DNA of 43,319 nucleotides, from IMG/VR virus record IMGVR_UViG_3300037478_000161, positions 1-43,319 of that record; one strand, given 5' to 3'. The DNA is from a virus. Its lineage: Duplodnaviria > Caudoviricetes. The notes beneath the pieces are model-generated. The model was not told the origin of the DNA and made no database searches. It was given only the letters and a program-made list of their open reading frames with translations. Made by a program: the position numbers and the translations under genes. Below are positions 8,862 to 18,326 of this stretch, piece after piece (the stretch's first letter is position 1; every line of letters begins with the position of its first letter).

Positions 8862-9110
8862 ATGGGGGACTACACACACAGCCAGATGCGCGAGGACATC
8901 GCGCGGCTCGAAGCCGAACTCGGCGTCGACGAACCGGTCAAGACGGTGCGTCAAGAGATCCGGGACGTCATCACCGCGCCGAAGGGCAGCGAGGTCGCCA
9001 AGGCTCGCCGGACGCTCGGCTGGGCGCTGATACTGTTCGGGATCTTCGGACTGTCGGTGCTGTTCTTCGTGATCCTGCTCATCGGTGGAGCGATCGCCGC
9101 ACTGTTCTAG
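8862..9110 (+). CDS. Antisense membrane protein (moron-like), leaderless
   Basis: 82 aa with long C-terminal hydrophobic stretch; TGGACA-17-CATAGT-6-ATG promoter at 8827-8861. Confidence 0.7.
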   Translation: MGDYTHSQMREDIARLEAELGVDEPVKTVRQEIRDVITAPKGSEVAKARRTLGWALILFGIFGLSVLFFVILLIGGAIAALF

Positions 9111-9523
9111 AGCCGCTTGAATACCGCGTCGATCGCAGACTGGACGCCACGCACCGCCGCGTCCTCGTGCTGACGCACCGCCGGCACCAGGAACGGACGC
9201 TGCTGCTGATCCACCCACATGTCGCGGCCGAACACCGGGTGCCGGAACGTGCCACCGCGCTGGCCGATACCCTCGAACGCCCGCGCGTGCGGAGCCTTCT
9301 TGGCGTTGACAACGACCTGCACCGCCGACCCGGTGCCGAACCGCACCCTGGCACTGATCGCGTCAGGGATGCGCGACGACCAAGAGGCGTTCGCCCGGGC
9401 CGTCGCCGCGATCACGTTCGCCGCGTCGAGGATGTTCCGACGCAGCTCCGGCCGCAGCTCCTTCGGCACGTCCCGCAGCTGCAGCGAGAATGCAACGATC
9501 TCCGACCCGTCGACGGTCAGCAT
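9107..9523 (-). CDS. HK97 gp10-like tail completion protein
   Basis: ATG at 9523; WSSRIP, FRHPVFG and RPFLVPA motifs. Confidence 0.8.
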   Translation of the reverse strand: MLTVDGSEIVAFSLQLRDVPKELRPELRRNILDAANVIAATARANASWSSRIPDAISARVRFGTGSAVQVVVNAKKAPHARAFEGIGQRGGTFRHPVFGRDMWVDQQQRPFLVPAVRQHEDAAVRGVQSAIDAVFKRL

Positions 9524-9972
9524 CAGATGTAGGCGATGTAAGAGACGGTGAACGCCAGCCCCACCGAGGCGCCCTCGTTGGCGTCCTGGTGCTGGGTCAG
9601 GGTCATGTTCGGCCCGATGGATATCTCGTCCGCGCCCAGCCCGGTGTCGTCGTCGCGGATCGCCTCTTCCAGCTGGGCCAGGATCTCGGCGGCCCGCTCC
9701 CGCACCGGCACGATCGTAGTGTCGCCGTGACCCACCGCGATGTAGCAGGCAATCTCGCCGTCCTCGATCATCCGCCCGCCCAAATCCTCGTCGCGGCGGC
9801 GAGCCACGGCGTGCCGGTCGACGAACGGCGCCCACCCAACCAGCAACAGTTCCATGCCGCTCGGCTTGAACGGCGCCGGACCGTCGAACACCGTCACCCC
9901 GGTCAACACCGACTCGGCCAAGCCGACCAGTTCCAGGGCCACCTCGTGGCCGCGGAAGGACGCCGGCTGCAT
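9523..9972 (-). CDS. Tail terminator
   Basis: 149 aa, VFDGP motif, acidic, synteny. Confidence 0.7.
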   Translation of the reverse strand: MQPASFRGHEVALELVGLAESVLTGVTVFDGPAPFKPSGMELLLVGWAPFVDRHAVARRRDEDLGGRMIEDGEIACYIAVGHGDTTIVPVRERAAEILAQLEEAIRDDDTGLGADEISIGPNMTLTQHQDANEGASVGLAFTVSYIAYI

Positions 9973-10523
9973 CAGGCCAGCCCGAACTTGTTATAGGGCC
10001 GGGTCAGCTCCATGGCCCGGCGCGGCAGGGCGAACCCACGCAGGATGAAGTGCGAGGCATCCCCGCCGACCGGGGCGTCGTCGTCGATGCCGTGGATCTG
10101 GGTGAACGACCCCGACCGGCCACGCTGGGTCTCCCACAGGTGGTCGGTGACGATGTAGACGGCTTTCTCCAGGTCGTCTGGGTACGGGTCCCAGCCGGCC
10201 GTGTACACCACGTCAAGCTCGTCGTAGATGGACGAGGCCAGGCGGACGACTGCAGATCGGCGGGAAATCTTCGCCCCAGTGACGTCGACCGTGTTGCCGT
10301 CCGAGTCCGTCACCGAGGTCAACATCTGCACAGGCCGCTCGTCGAGGATGAACGTGCCGCAACGGGCCTGGGTCTGCTCGGTGAACGAGGTACCGCCGAC
10401 CGGACCGCAGCGGTGGCTGATGGCAGCCAGCGCGGCGTCGAAGAACGTGCCGAACTCGGCGAACATCGATGAGTCCGTCACGTTCGAGAACGCCCGCGCC
10501 TCGGTCACGGTCGGCGTAGCCAC
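9972..10523 (-). CDS. Head-to-tail adaptor
   Basis: VYTAGW..YP.DLEKAV...HLWETQRG motif. Confidence 0.8.
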   Translation of the reverse strand: MATPTVTEARAFSNVTDSSMFAEFGTFFDAALAAISHRCGPVGGTSFTEQTQARCGTFILDERPVQMLTSVTDSDGNTVDVTGAKISRRSAVVRLASSIYDELDVVYTAGWDPYPDDLEKAVYIVTDHLWETQRGRSGSFTQIHGIDDDAPVGGDASHFILRGFALPRRAMELTRPYNKFGLA

Positions 10524-10537
10524 CGGATCCTCCTAGA

Positions 10538-10837
10538 TCACTTCTGCCGCAGCAGGGTGGCCGTTCCGTCGACCACCGTGGCACCCACCGCCGGAACGGT
10601 CGGCGGCGACGCGGCCGTCGTGCCCGCGACGGTGACGACGTACTTCGACCCGCCGGTGAACTGCAGCTCCTGCCCGAGCGTGACGGCGGTCGTGTTGGCC
10701 CGCAGTATCCGCCGTAGCGGGCGGCCGATGTAGTCGACCGTCGCCGTGGTGGCACGGCCCAGCGCGTCGAGCGAGTTGGACGTCGGTGCGACCAGGTCGC
10801 GGCCGATGTAGTCCTCGCGGAAGTTGGTCGTAGCCAT
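10538..10837 (-). CDS. Putative head decoration / small virion protein
   Basis: Follows capsid; DYIGR/DALGR/DYIGR repeats; C-terminal YVVTVAGTT...VDGT module. Confidence 0.6.
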   Translation of the reverse strand: MATTNFREDYIGRDLVAPTSNSLDALGRATTATVDYIGRPLRRILRANTTAVTLGQELQFTGGSKYVVTVAGTTAASPPTVPAVGATVVDGTATLLRQK

Positions 10838-11088
10838 CAGCCCTCCTCATGTGCCTTGAGCTCGTCCACCAGATCCTGCTTGGTGAACTGCTCAAGGTCG
10901 CCGCGCTCACCCAGACCCGCCTTCTCGGCAAGCTCGACGAGCTCTTCCTTGGACATCGCCATGGACGGCTTGACCTCGGTCGCCTCCCCGGAGTCGACCT
11001 CGGACGTGTCCGGCTCTTCCGGCACCGGCTCGGCGCCGGCCTCGTCGACCAACACCGAACCGAGCTTCTGACCGTTGCGCTCAAACAT
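10837..11088 (-). CDS. Small acidic protein with HeH/Rho-N-like C terminus
   Basis: MSKEELVELAEKAGL...TKQDLVDEL; TGATG coupling. Confidence 0.6.
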   Translation of the reverse strand: MFERNGQKLGSVLVDEAGAEPVPEEPDTSEVDSGEATEVKPSMAMSKEELVELAEKAGLGERGDLEQFTKQDLVDELKAHEEG

Positions 11089-12323
11089 CAGGTCGCCGTC
11101 AGCGGCACGATGCCGCCATCCTCGATGGTCAGCGGCGTGAAGTAGCCCGCGTACGCCACCTGCGTACCCAGCACCGACGGCTCGATCGCCTGCAGGGCGC
11201 CGACCCGCTGCTCGTACGCCTCGATCGCGGCAGTGGAGAACATGAACGCCTCACCAGTCGCGAGCCCAGCCGACATGGCCACCGGCACACCCGAGATCGA
11301 GCCCATGATGCCCTGACCGAACGTCCCGGCCGTGAGCCCCGCCGACTGCGCGTCCCGCGGGTTCACCGGGGCGAACAGCGGACCGAACACACCGAGCGTG
11401 TCGGGGGCCACCGCCAGCAGCAGCCGACCCTGGCCCTTCACAGCCGCGTAGACGGTCGCAGCCGCCTCCCACACCGCACCGGCCACCGTGTCATTGGTCG
11501 GGCTGGCGCCGTAGCCCACAGCGGTCGTCCCGGTCGTCGCCAACTCGGCGGCGATCGCGGCTTCGGTCTCGATCGCGTACTGCGCCGCCAGGTCGTTGAT
11601 GACCGCGTCCAGTGAGCTCGGCGAGGAGAAGTCGATGTTCTGCCGCGACACGTTCACGTAGCCGCCGTAGGTGACCGCGTTACCGGTCAGGCGTGTGATC
11701 GTCATCTTCTGCGACGTCAGCTCGGCCTTCTCATCCGCAGCCGCGCCGGCAGTGCCCTGCGCCGCCACGGCAGTGCTCTGGGTCACCTTCGGACGGTGCC
11801 ACGTCGCCGACGGCATGTCCCGTGGCCCCACGAACGACACGATTGGGCGGGCCGCGTCGATGAAGTTGATGACGTCGCCGACGATCGGGTCCGGCACGAT
11901 GCCGAGGTTGTCGCCGGTCTTCTGGTGAGCGGCGGCCCGCTCGTAGAGCTCCAGGCGCTCCTTGGCGTCCCGGCTGCCGCTTGCCGCCCCGATCAAGTCC
12001 ACCATCCAGTGGCCGGCCGAACGGTACTCGACCGGGCCGGACTCGCCGGTGCGGCGGGCCGTGAGGATGGCCGAATCGACCTGCTTGGCGCGGGTCGCGA
12101 TCTCCTGCGCGATGCGGGCCGTGTCCTCCAGCTCGTCGATCTGGGCCTTGATGGAACCCATCCGGTCCCGGGCGTCGGCGAGGCTGGCCTTCTCGGTGTC
12201 GTTCAGGTCGCGCTCGGCGTCCTGAACGTTGGCGATCAGGCCCTGGACGAATGCGTTGCGTTCGTTGAGTTCGTTCTCGAGACGCCGAATCATGGCGTCA
12301 TTGGCTTGGGAATTGACTCCCAT
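11088..12323 (-). CDS. Major capsid protein (HK97 fold, N-terminal delta domain)
   Basis: GAAGGAG RBS with ATG at 12323; coiled-coil N terminus; TYGGYVNVSRQNIDFS motif. Confidence 0.92.
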   Translation of the reverse strand: MGVNSQANDAMIRRLENELNERNAFVQGLIANVQDAERDLNDTEKASLADARDRMGSIKAQIDELEDTARIAQEIATRAKQVDSAILTARRTGESGPVEYRSAGHWMVDLIGAASGSRDAKERLELYERAAAHQKTGDNLGIVPDPIVGDVINFIDAARPIVSFVGPRDMPSATWHRPKVTQSTAVAAQGTAGAAADEKAELTSQKMTITRLTGNAVTYGGYVNVSRQNIDFSSPSSLDAVINDLAAQYAIETEAAIAAELATTGTTAVGYGASPTNDTVAGAVWEAAATVYAAVKGQGRLLLAVAPDTLGVFGPLFAPVNPRDAQSAGLTAGTFGQGIMGSISGVPVAMSAGLATGEAFMFSTAAIEAYEQRVGALQAIEPSVLGTQVAYAGYFTPLTIEDGGIVPLTAT

Positions 12324-12423
12324 GACGGGTACTCCTTCGATGAGATGTGACGGAAGGAGCACTCCCGATCGCCCCGCGCCCCGGGGTCGTCGATGCCGGC
12401 CCCCGCTCGGGGCCGGTGGCGTG

Positions 12424-13041
12424 CTAGCTGGTCTTTAGGCGCGACGCGGCCCATGCGAGCACGTCGTCGCTCATCGCCTCATCCAGCGCTGGTGTTTCCG
12501 GCAGTGGACGCTGCTCCACCACAGTTAGGCCAGACTGCCCCGCTCGGACAGCCAACACCTCGGCCCCTACGTATGCCGGGTCCTCAACGAACGCCAGATG
12601 GTCCATGAAGGCCCGCAGGATCTTGCGCGATTTGCTGCGCCTGTCCAGGCGCATGTCGTTGAAACTCTTCACTCGGTAGCCGACCGACGGGTACGCCCCG
12701 CCCTCGTCGGCAAGCGTCAACGTCTCTTCGCCGCGGGGTGTTGAGTACATCTTCACGCGGGCGAACAGGCCGTTCGGATGCGATGGGTCCAACTGGACCA
12801 CCCTGCCGACCGTGTCGCCCTTGACGTGCTCTCGGTTGACTTGGATGCGCCCAGCGTGGTCCTCGATGCCGTCGAAAGCGTGCCGGTCGAACGTCTCGCG
12901 CCACTGCTCGCCACGCCACATGACCTTGTCCGTCTCCTCGTTCCAAGGGACGGCGATCAGGTCGACCAGGCGCAGCTTCTTGTTGACATCTTGCAGGGTC
13001 GCATTCCGGTGTTCGATCTCCGGGTACATGATCTCCGTCAC
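12424..13041 (-). CDS. HK97-family prohead protease
   Basis: AVPWN, ETFDRHAF, NREH, SVGY and LAFVEDPAY.GAEVLAVR motifs. Confidence 0.9.
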   Translation of the reverse strand: MTEIMYPEIEHRNATLQDVNKKLRLVDLIAVPWNEETDKVMWRGEQWRETFDRHAFDGIEDHAGRIQVNREHVKGDTVGRVVQLDPSHPNGLFARVKMYSTPRGEETLTLADEGGAYPSVGYRVKSFNDMRLDRRSKSRKILRAFMDHLAFVEDPAYVGAEVLAVRAGQSGLTVVEQRPLPETPALDEAMSDDVLAWAASRLKTS

Positions 13042-13205
13042 GACCGGCCACCTTCCTGATGAAGGATTCGCCTCATCGCTGCGTACAACTCAACCGCTTC
13101 TTTGACCCGGCGCTTGTTGCCACGGCGACGCCACCATCTCTGCGACCTTTTCTGATTCCTAGCCAAGGCTGCCTTGACCAAAGCCCGATCCTCTTCGACC
13201 GTCAC
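13038..13205 (-). CDS. Small basic hypothetical protein (55 aa) inserted between portal and protease
   Basis: MTVEEDRALVKAALARNQKRSQRWWRRRGNKRRVKEAVELYAAMRRILHQEGGRS; GTGA-coupled at both ends; flanked by a 19-bp direct repeat. Confidence 0.65.
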   Translation of the reverse strand: MTVEEDRALVKAALARNQKRSQRWWRRRGNKRRVKEAVELYAAMRRILHQEGGRS

Positions 13206-14440
13206 GACCGGCCACCTCCCGTAAGCGCCTCGGCCGACTCTGTACCGATGAAGCGCTCCATGGTCCGGATCTCCTCACTGGACAGCACGCCGATACCCGC
13301 CAACTTCTCGTAAGCCTCGGCCCGCTCCTTGAACGTCGGCCGCGAATACTCATCCCGGTTCAACTCAGCCGCCTGCCCCCGCGGCAACGCCCAACCAGAC
13401 AACGCCGACATCACATGCACCGCTGCCGTCTTCAAATACCGCCGGTCATGGAAGTCGAACAACGACGTCGCGTTGCTGTACGTCATCGAATCGTCACTGG
13501 ACGGCAAACCCAGCAGGAACGGCGGCACGCCCAGCAGATTCGAGATCCGCGCCTCGTTGTACTTCGCCAGATCCAGCAGCGCCATCTCCTGCGGCGACAG
13601 CTGCAGCGGGTTCGCCTTCACTCCGCCGGACAACACCGCAGGCTTCCACGGTTCGCCAAGGTTCTGCATCCGCGATGCCCACCACTGGTCCAGCACCTCA
13701 TCGGCCTGAGTCCTAGTCAGCTGCTGCTCCACCTCGAGCACGTACTTCGGGATTCCGCCACCCTGCGCGATCTCCGTCGCATACCGGGCCAGCACACCCG
13801 CCGCCACCAACCGGGTCCTGCCCGACTCCAACGGCCCCACGCCCCGCGCGCCGTCCGTCGTCGACTTGTACCGGATGTGCAGCACATCCTCGGTGATGTC
13901 CAGCGTGCCCAGGTTGTACACCCGACGCCCGCCGGCCATCTCCACGTTGATCAGCCACTGCGGGATCACCCGGAAGTTGTACGGCAACCCGTCCGCGGTG
14001 CGGGCCATCGGCAGCACGAACGCCTCACCCAGCTGGAAGTCCCAGAACAGTTGCTTGGCGAACTCGGCCCACGACGAGTAGATCAGCGGATCCGGGTTCA
14101 TCATCCACGTCGTCGGATCGATCACCCGGCCGCCGCGGGTGCGGTACACCGGCATCGCCGACAGCACCGAAGCGTTCAGGTCCAGAGCCGACCACGCCGT
14201 GTCCACCAGGTCGTCGAACTTCGACCCCAGGTTGTTCCAAGCCGGGGTGGACCAAGACGCCGGCCAGCCGTCCCATGGCGACGTCACGACCGCGGCCATC
14301 CGGTTGTTGCTTGGCGTGGCCGCCTCGAACTCGAACCCGTCAGGGTCGCCCGGGTTGTAAGTCGGACCGACGCTGTCAGGGTCGCCCACCGTCGCGTTCG
14401 GGGTCGCACCGGCACCGGTGAGCCATGTCCAGAAGCTCAT
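13202..14440 (-). CDS. HK97-family portal protein
   Basis: 412 aa; GEAF, DVLHIR, VLSGG, LGVPPFLLG, TYSN and EEIR.ME motifs. Confidence 0.93.
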   Translation of the reverse strand: MSFWTWLTGAGATPNATVGDPDSVGPTYNPGDPDGFEFEAATPSNNRMAAVVTSPWDGWPASWSTPAWNNLGSKFDDLVDTAWSALDLNASVLSAMPVYRTRGGRVIDPTTWMMNPDPLIYSSWAEFAKQLFWDFQLGEAFVLPMARTADGLPYNFRVIPQWLINVEMAGGRRVYNLGTLDITEDVLHIRYKSTTDGARGVGPLESGRTRLVAAGVLARYATEIAQGGGIPKYVLEVEQQLTRTQADEVLDQWWASRMQNLGEPWKPAVLSGGVKANPLQLSPQEMALLDLAKYNEARISNLLGVPPFLLGLPSSDDSMTYSNATSLFDFHDRRYLKTAAVHVMSALSGWALPRGQAAELNRDEYSRPTFKERAEAYEKLAGIGVLSSEEIRTMERFIGTESAEALTGGGRS

Positions 14441-14452
14441 GTCCCACCCTTC

Positions 14453-15895
14453 CTAGAAGATCGCCGGAACTCGCTTAGCCTGTGCGGCCCACCACGACGC
14501 CAACGTCACGGCCTCCAGTACCGAAATGTCCGCCTCGGTCTGCCTGCGGCCCCACGCCCACCGGTCACCCACGTTGCGCTTCACAGCCACCGAAACAGCC
14601 GCCTCGAGCTCCGGGTACGAACCGTGCTTGACCTTGCGCTCCTGCACCCGGTCGAACAGGTCGGAGCAGGCATCCAGCAAATCGGTCGTGTCGGCCACCT
14701 TCAACTGCACCCGGGCGGTCTCCAAGTCGTCGATCAGCGCCGCCGCCGGACCCTTGCCGTCGATCACCACATCCACCTGATGCCTGTCCTGCAGCTCCTT
14801 AGCCCGAGCCACCAGCCACGAGGTGCCCCGGCCGTGCTGCAACGGCTTCAGGTGCATGTCCTCGCCGTTCTGCGCCGCAGCGGCTATCGCGCCGTGCGTC
14901 AACTCCCACGACACCGCCACCGCGAGCGCCGCGACAGGCAGGCCGCCGGGACGGTCGGTCGTCGCACAGGCTTCCCACCTGCCGGGACCGAATACGGCCG
15001 CTGCGCCTGGCTCGTCCCACCAGCCCAGCCGCTCACGGGCGAACTCCAGCGGCGGCAACGCCTGCCGCTCGGCCTTTATGTACTCGACCGTCAACCCGGT
15101 GCCGTTCGCCCGAGTGCGGCCCAGCAGCGGATTCGCCCGCTGCCAATTCTCCACATCGTCCAACGCACAGCCGGGCACGCCCAGATCGTGCGTGCACGGG
15201 TCGTGCTCACACCCGCCGCGATCAGTGCCCCACTCCAGGTACGCCAGCCGCGGCGAGATGCCCGGCCGGCCACGGTCGCGGATGCCGCGCAACACCTCGG
15301 AGGTCTCCAGGCCCGCCGACGAGCCATATACCACCTGCGGGTCAGGCTGCACCGACAACGTCGGCAACAGTGCGCCCATGTGGTCCGGCTGCAGCGCGAA
15401 CGCCTCATCCAGAACGACCTTGTTGCCGGACAGGCCGCGACCACCGGACTTGGTTCGGGCCTTGAACATCAGCCGCTGACCGGTCTTGAGCTCGATCGAT
15501 TCCTGACCGGCCGCCGTCTTGATCGCCTTGACCTCGTCGGACAGGAACTTGCTGCTGTAGATCAGGTCGATCATGTCCCGCAACGCCTCGAGCGTGGTGC
15601 GGAACTCGTGCGCCGACCATACGATCAGCCGCTCGCGGGTCACATACAGCCAACCCAGGGCCGCCTGCTTGAACAAACCGGTCTTCAGATTCTGCCGGGA
15701 ACAGATCACACAGAACTCGAAAGCGGCCGATTTCGAGCCATTCAAAGCGAACAGCAGGTCAAGGCCCAGGCGTTGCTCAGGGTCCGGCGCGAAGCCCACC
15801 ATCTCGCTCAGTTCGGCCACCTCGGGCCCCAGCGTCTGGGTGAACTGCGGCGCCGACCGATGGAACGGCTCAACCGCCAGCAAGCTTGCGCTCAC
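14453..15895 (-). CDS. terL: Terminase large subunit
   Basis: SRQNLKT Walker A variant, VVLDEA Walker B, SSAG motif, ANPLLG, nuclease DIS.LEA. Confidence 0.93.
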   Translation of the reverse strand: MSASLLAVEPFHRSAPQFTQTLGPEVAELSEMVGFAPDPEQRLGLDLLFALNGSKSAAFEFCVICSRQNLKTGLFKQAALGWLYVTRERLIVWSAHEFRTTLEALRDMIDLIYSSKFLSDEVKAIKTAAGQESIELKTGQRLMFKARTKSGGRGLSGNKVVLDEAFALQPDHMGALLPTLSVQPDPQVVYGSSAGLETSEVLRGIRDRGRPGISPRLAYLEWGTDRGGCEHDPCTHDLGVPGCALDDVENWQRANPLLGRTRANGTGLTVEYIKAERQALPPLEFARERLGWWDEPGAAAVFGPGRWEACATTDRPGGLPVAALAVAVSWELTHGAIAAAAQNGEDMHLKPLQHGRGTSWLVARAKELQDRHQVDVVIDGKGPAAALIDDLETARVQLKVADTTDLLDACSDLFDRVQERKVKHGSYPELEAAVSVAVKRNVGDRWAWGRRQTEADISVLEAVTLASWWAAQAKRVPAIF

Positions 15896-16256
15896 GCCGC
15901 GCCCTCAACTCGTCCAACGGGTTCGCCACAGCGTTGACGCCGTCCATCGCGGCCTCCATGACCGCCCGGAATTCCTTGGACAGCGACGCCACCGAAGCCC
16001 CCGTCTCGTGCGGCGAGGCGATCCGCTGCGCCAGCGCGAGGGCCTGCTGGCCCAGCACCGTATCCAGCCGGCTCGCAGCGTCCAGTTGGCGCTCAGTGAC
16101 CGCCGCGAGGCCGGCTGCGTCGGTCTTCGGCGGAATCGCCGTCACCGATGCCTTCGGATCCGTCGCCTGGCGAGCGCGGCAGCTGCTCGAGCAGTACTTC
16201 GACGTCGGCCGCTTAGCCTCGTACGGCTTACCGCAACGATCGCAACGACGCTCCAT
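15870..16256 (-). CDS. terS: Terminase small subunit with N-terminal zinc finger
   Basis: CDRC...CSSSC; ends LDELRARR; overlaps terL. Confidence 0.8.
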   Translation of the reverse strand: MERRCDRCGKPYEAKRPTSKYCSSSCRARQATDPKASVTAIPPKTDAAGLAAVTERQLDAASRLDTVLGQQALALAQRIASPHETGASVASLSKEFRAVMEAAMDGVNAVANPLDELRARRERKLAGG

Positions 16257-16370
16257 CGCGACCCCCTCGGCTGGGCTAACGCTATCGAGGCCTCGCGAAC
16301 GTAGGCCTGCCTGAGCGGGTCAGGAGGGATGTCCGATATATAAAAATCGTCCCCGTCCGGGTGGGATTCG
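16257..16370. other. Probable cos/packaging-site region
   Basis: Non-coding gap between HNH and terS with AT-rich GATATATAAAAATC. Confidence 0.45.
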
Positions 16371-16643
16371 TCACCACTCGCGGATCGTCATCGAGCGCTT
16401 CAGTTGGGTCAGCAACGCTGCTCGTCGTCCGCCAGCGCTGCGATTGCATCTCGCGTGTTCAGGACCAGTCCAACGTGAGCGGTCGTCTGTGTGACCGAGG
16501 TCCCATTGTTGACCAGGCTTGATCGGCTCACCACAACGCGCACACTTGACGATGCCTGCTCTGACCTTCGGTGCCCATGCCCTACGCATGGCCTGGTGGG
16601 TGGTGCCGTAGCCACGCTGGGTAGTGCTACGCCCGTTGCTCAT
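16371..16643 (-). CDS. Terminase-associated HNH protein
   Basis: RGYG..HQ..R, CARC, WDLGH, PEHARCNR. Confidence 0.85.
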   Translation of the reverse strand: MSNGRSTTQRGYGTTHQAMRRAWAPKVRAGIVKCARCGEPIKPGQQWDLGHTDDRSRWTGPEHARCNRSAGGRRAALLTQLKRSMTIREW

Positions 16644-16784
16644 CGCTGGTTCACGCGTCGAGATCGGTCAGGGCTGAGCCGGATCACAAGCACCCCCGAC
16701 ATGGACAACCCCACCTGTCGCAGGGGGACGGGTGGGGCATGGGCCTGATGCAGCTAGGCAACCACACCTTAGCGGACATCACCG

Positions 16785-17552
16785 TCATGCAGCAACGACA
16801 CGCTCAAGCTCGGCCAGGTCGACCAGGATGCGGCGCTCATCGCCGTGGTTGGCCAGCCTGCCCGTCTCCACCCATCGCCGGATGGTGCGATCCACCACGC
16901 CCATCGACTGCGCCGCCACCTGCACGTCCACGTAGCCGATCGTCTCACCCTTGCGGGCCAGGATGCGCCTGCCCGCACGCAGCCACTGGTGTGGCTCCCA
17001 CCTGGTGGCGCACACGCTGCACTCCATCCGCGCCGGCCGCTCGGGCTGAGCCGGGATGTACGCCCGGATCTCACCTTGGCAGCCGAGCTCGGGGCAGGGC
17101 CCGACCGGGAACGTGGTCCGGTTGGCCGGAAGGTCGATCACCCTGGCAGCGAACCGCACGGCACTGACAATCTCGCCGTGAATGTCCTGCGCGGCGGGGT
17201 GCACGGCGATGCGGTCGATGCGCTTGAGCAGCCATCCGGCCATGGCGGGCAGTGTGTCCTCCGGCCAGTGCGGAGTGCCTTCGGCGAAGTCCCGCACCCA
17301 GCCGACCAGGGCGGCCCGCAGCTCCGAACGGGCCTTGAGCGCGCCGGGGTGCACCGGCATCGGGGTCTCGGCCGACCGTCCGCCGTTGTGCTCGCCGACT
17401 ACGGCTAGCCGAGACAGCACCAGCTCGAGCTGCTCGTCCAGCCAAGCCACGTCGCCGAGGTCGCACTCAAGCGCCCACAGGCAGCCGTTGCAGAGCAGCA
17501 GCGTGTCGCGGGTGGGCCGGCCGCAGCCGGTGGCGCAGGTAGTCACGCGCAC
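16785..17552 (-). CDS. Zn-finger / HTH DNA-binding protein (probable late transcription regulator)
   Basis: Several CxxC motifs; C-terminal RTIRRWVETGRL HTH; last early gene. Confidence 0.7.
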   Translation of the reverse strand: MRVTTCATGCGRPTRDTLLLCNGCLWALECDLGDVAWLDEQLELVLSRLAVVGEHNGGRSAETPMPVHPGALKARSELRAALVGWVRDFAEGTPHWPEDTLPAMAGWLLKRIDRIAVHPAAQDIHGEIVSAVRFAARVIDLPANRTTFPVGPCPELGCQGEIRAYIPAQPERPARMECSVCATRWEPHQWLRAGRRILARKGETIGYVDVQVAAQSMGVVDRTIRRWVETGRLANHGDERRILVDLAELERVVAA

Positions 17553-17658
17553 TCCCGGCTCCGATGTGCGTCCCCGACTGTGGTGATCTCAACGGCGTGA
17601 CGGTGCTCGCAGGCCGACTGCTCCCAGCGCCAGTTCGCGTCGGCGATGGCGTCGTCGC

Positions 17659-17868
17659 TCATCCCTGCCTCCGGCTCCAGTAGCCGCTGATCCCCGCTCT
17701 ATCCGCCCGCATGTCCAACACTTCGGCGTAGATCAGGAACACGACGCCTTGGATTAGGAGCACGCTGGCCCGGTTAAGTTCGTCAACGCGACCCATCCAG
17801 TCCGAGATGGACCAGATGGCGGCGAATACGAAGCTTCCAATGGCGAAGAGTCTTGCTGCGATGCTCAC
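17659..17868 (-). CDS. Small two-TM membrane protein
   Basis: Two hydrophobic segments, lower GC, coupled overlaps. Confidence 0.6.
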   Translation of the reverse strand: MSIAARLFAIGSFVFAAIWSISDWMGRVDELNRASVLLIQGVVFLIYAEVLDMRADRAGISGYWSRRQG

Positions 17869-18014
17869 GGCCAGATTTCCTCACTTGTCGCATCGGTCAG
17901 ATCCGTTATCTCAGGAAGTGGCATGTGCGGCTCTCGACGGCCGATGCCGGCGATAAGCGCACCGATGGCCACACCGACCAGCGACAGGATCTGGATGGCC
18001 AGAATGGTGTTCAT
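17865..18014 (-). CDS. Small membrane-anchored protein
   Basis: MNTILAIQILSLVGVAIGALIAGIG..., GGAGG RBS. Confidence 0.5.
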   Translation of the reverse strand: MNTILAIQILSLVGVAIGALIAGIGRREPHMPLPEITDLTDATSEEIWP

Positions 18015-18229
18015 TCGTCCTCCTCGGGCTGATGTCTGGCGATGGCGTATCCGATCCGCTCACGCAGTTGCCACCAGCGGTCGACGAGCCGGTAGCGGAG
18101 GCGTCGGTGCCACGGTGGCCGGGGTAGCGGCGGGTGCTTGCAGTGGTTGACGCCGGTGGAGTCGGTGAGCATGCAGCGGGACACCGGCAGGTACGCGCCG
18201 AGCTTGGCTGGCTGGATAGGGTCGCTCAT
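18011..18229 (-). CDS. Hypothetical protein
   Basis: GGAGGAGG RBS, MSDPIQPAK..., coupled. Confidence 0.55.
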   Translation of the reverse strand: MSDPIQPAKLGAYLPVSRCMLTDSTGVNHCKHPPLPRPPWHRRLRYRLVDRWWQLRERIGYAIARHQPEEDE

Positions 18230-18326
18230 CGCCGCCTCCTCCAGTCGCGCCATGCGGCGAGTGCGAAGCCGGACAGGAACGCCGCGATGCAGGCGGCGAG
18301 CACGGTCCAGGGTAGGTCTGCGGTGG

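Noticed and set aside
13415-15937. 840-aa plus-strand ORF (likewise 396-1901, 3670-5277, 35480-37012, 37316-39049, 41440-42732)
   Set aside because: Antisense shadows of well-supported minus-strand genes, typical of high-GC codon bias; no recognisable motifs
17711-17721. Distal operator/stoperator copy GTGTTGGACAT
   Set aside because: Single match inside a CDS with no nearby promoter; no genome-wide oriented array seen
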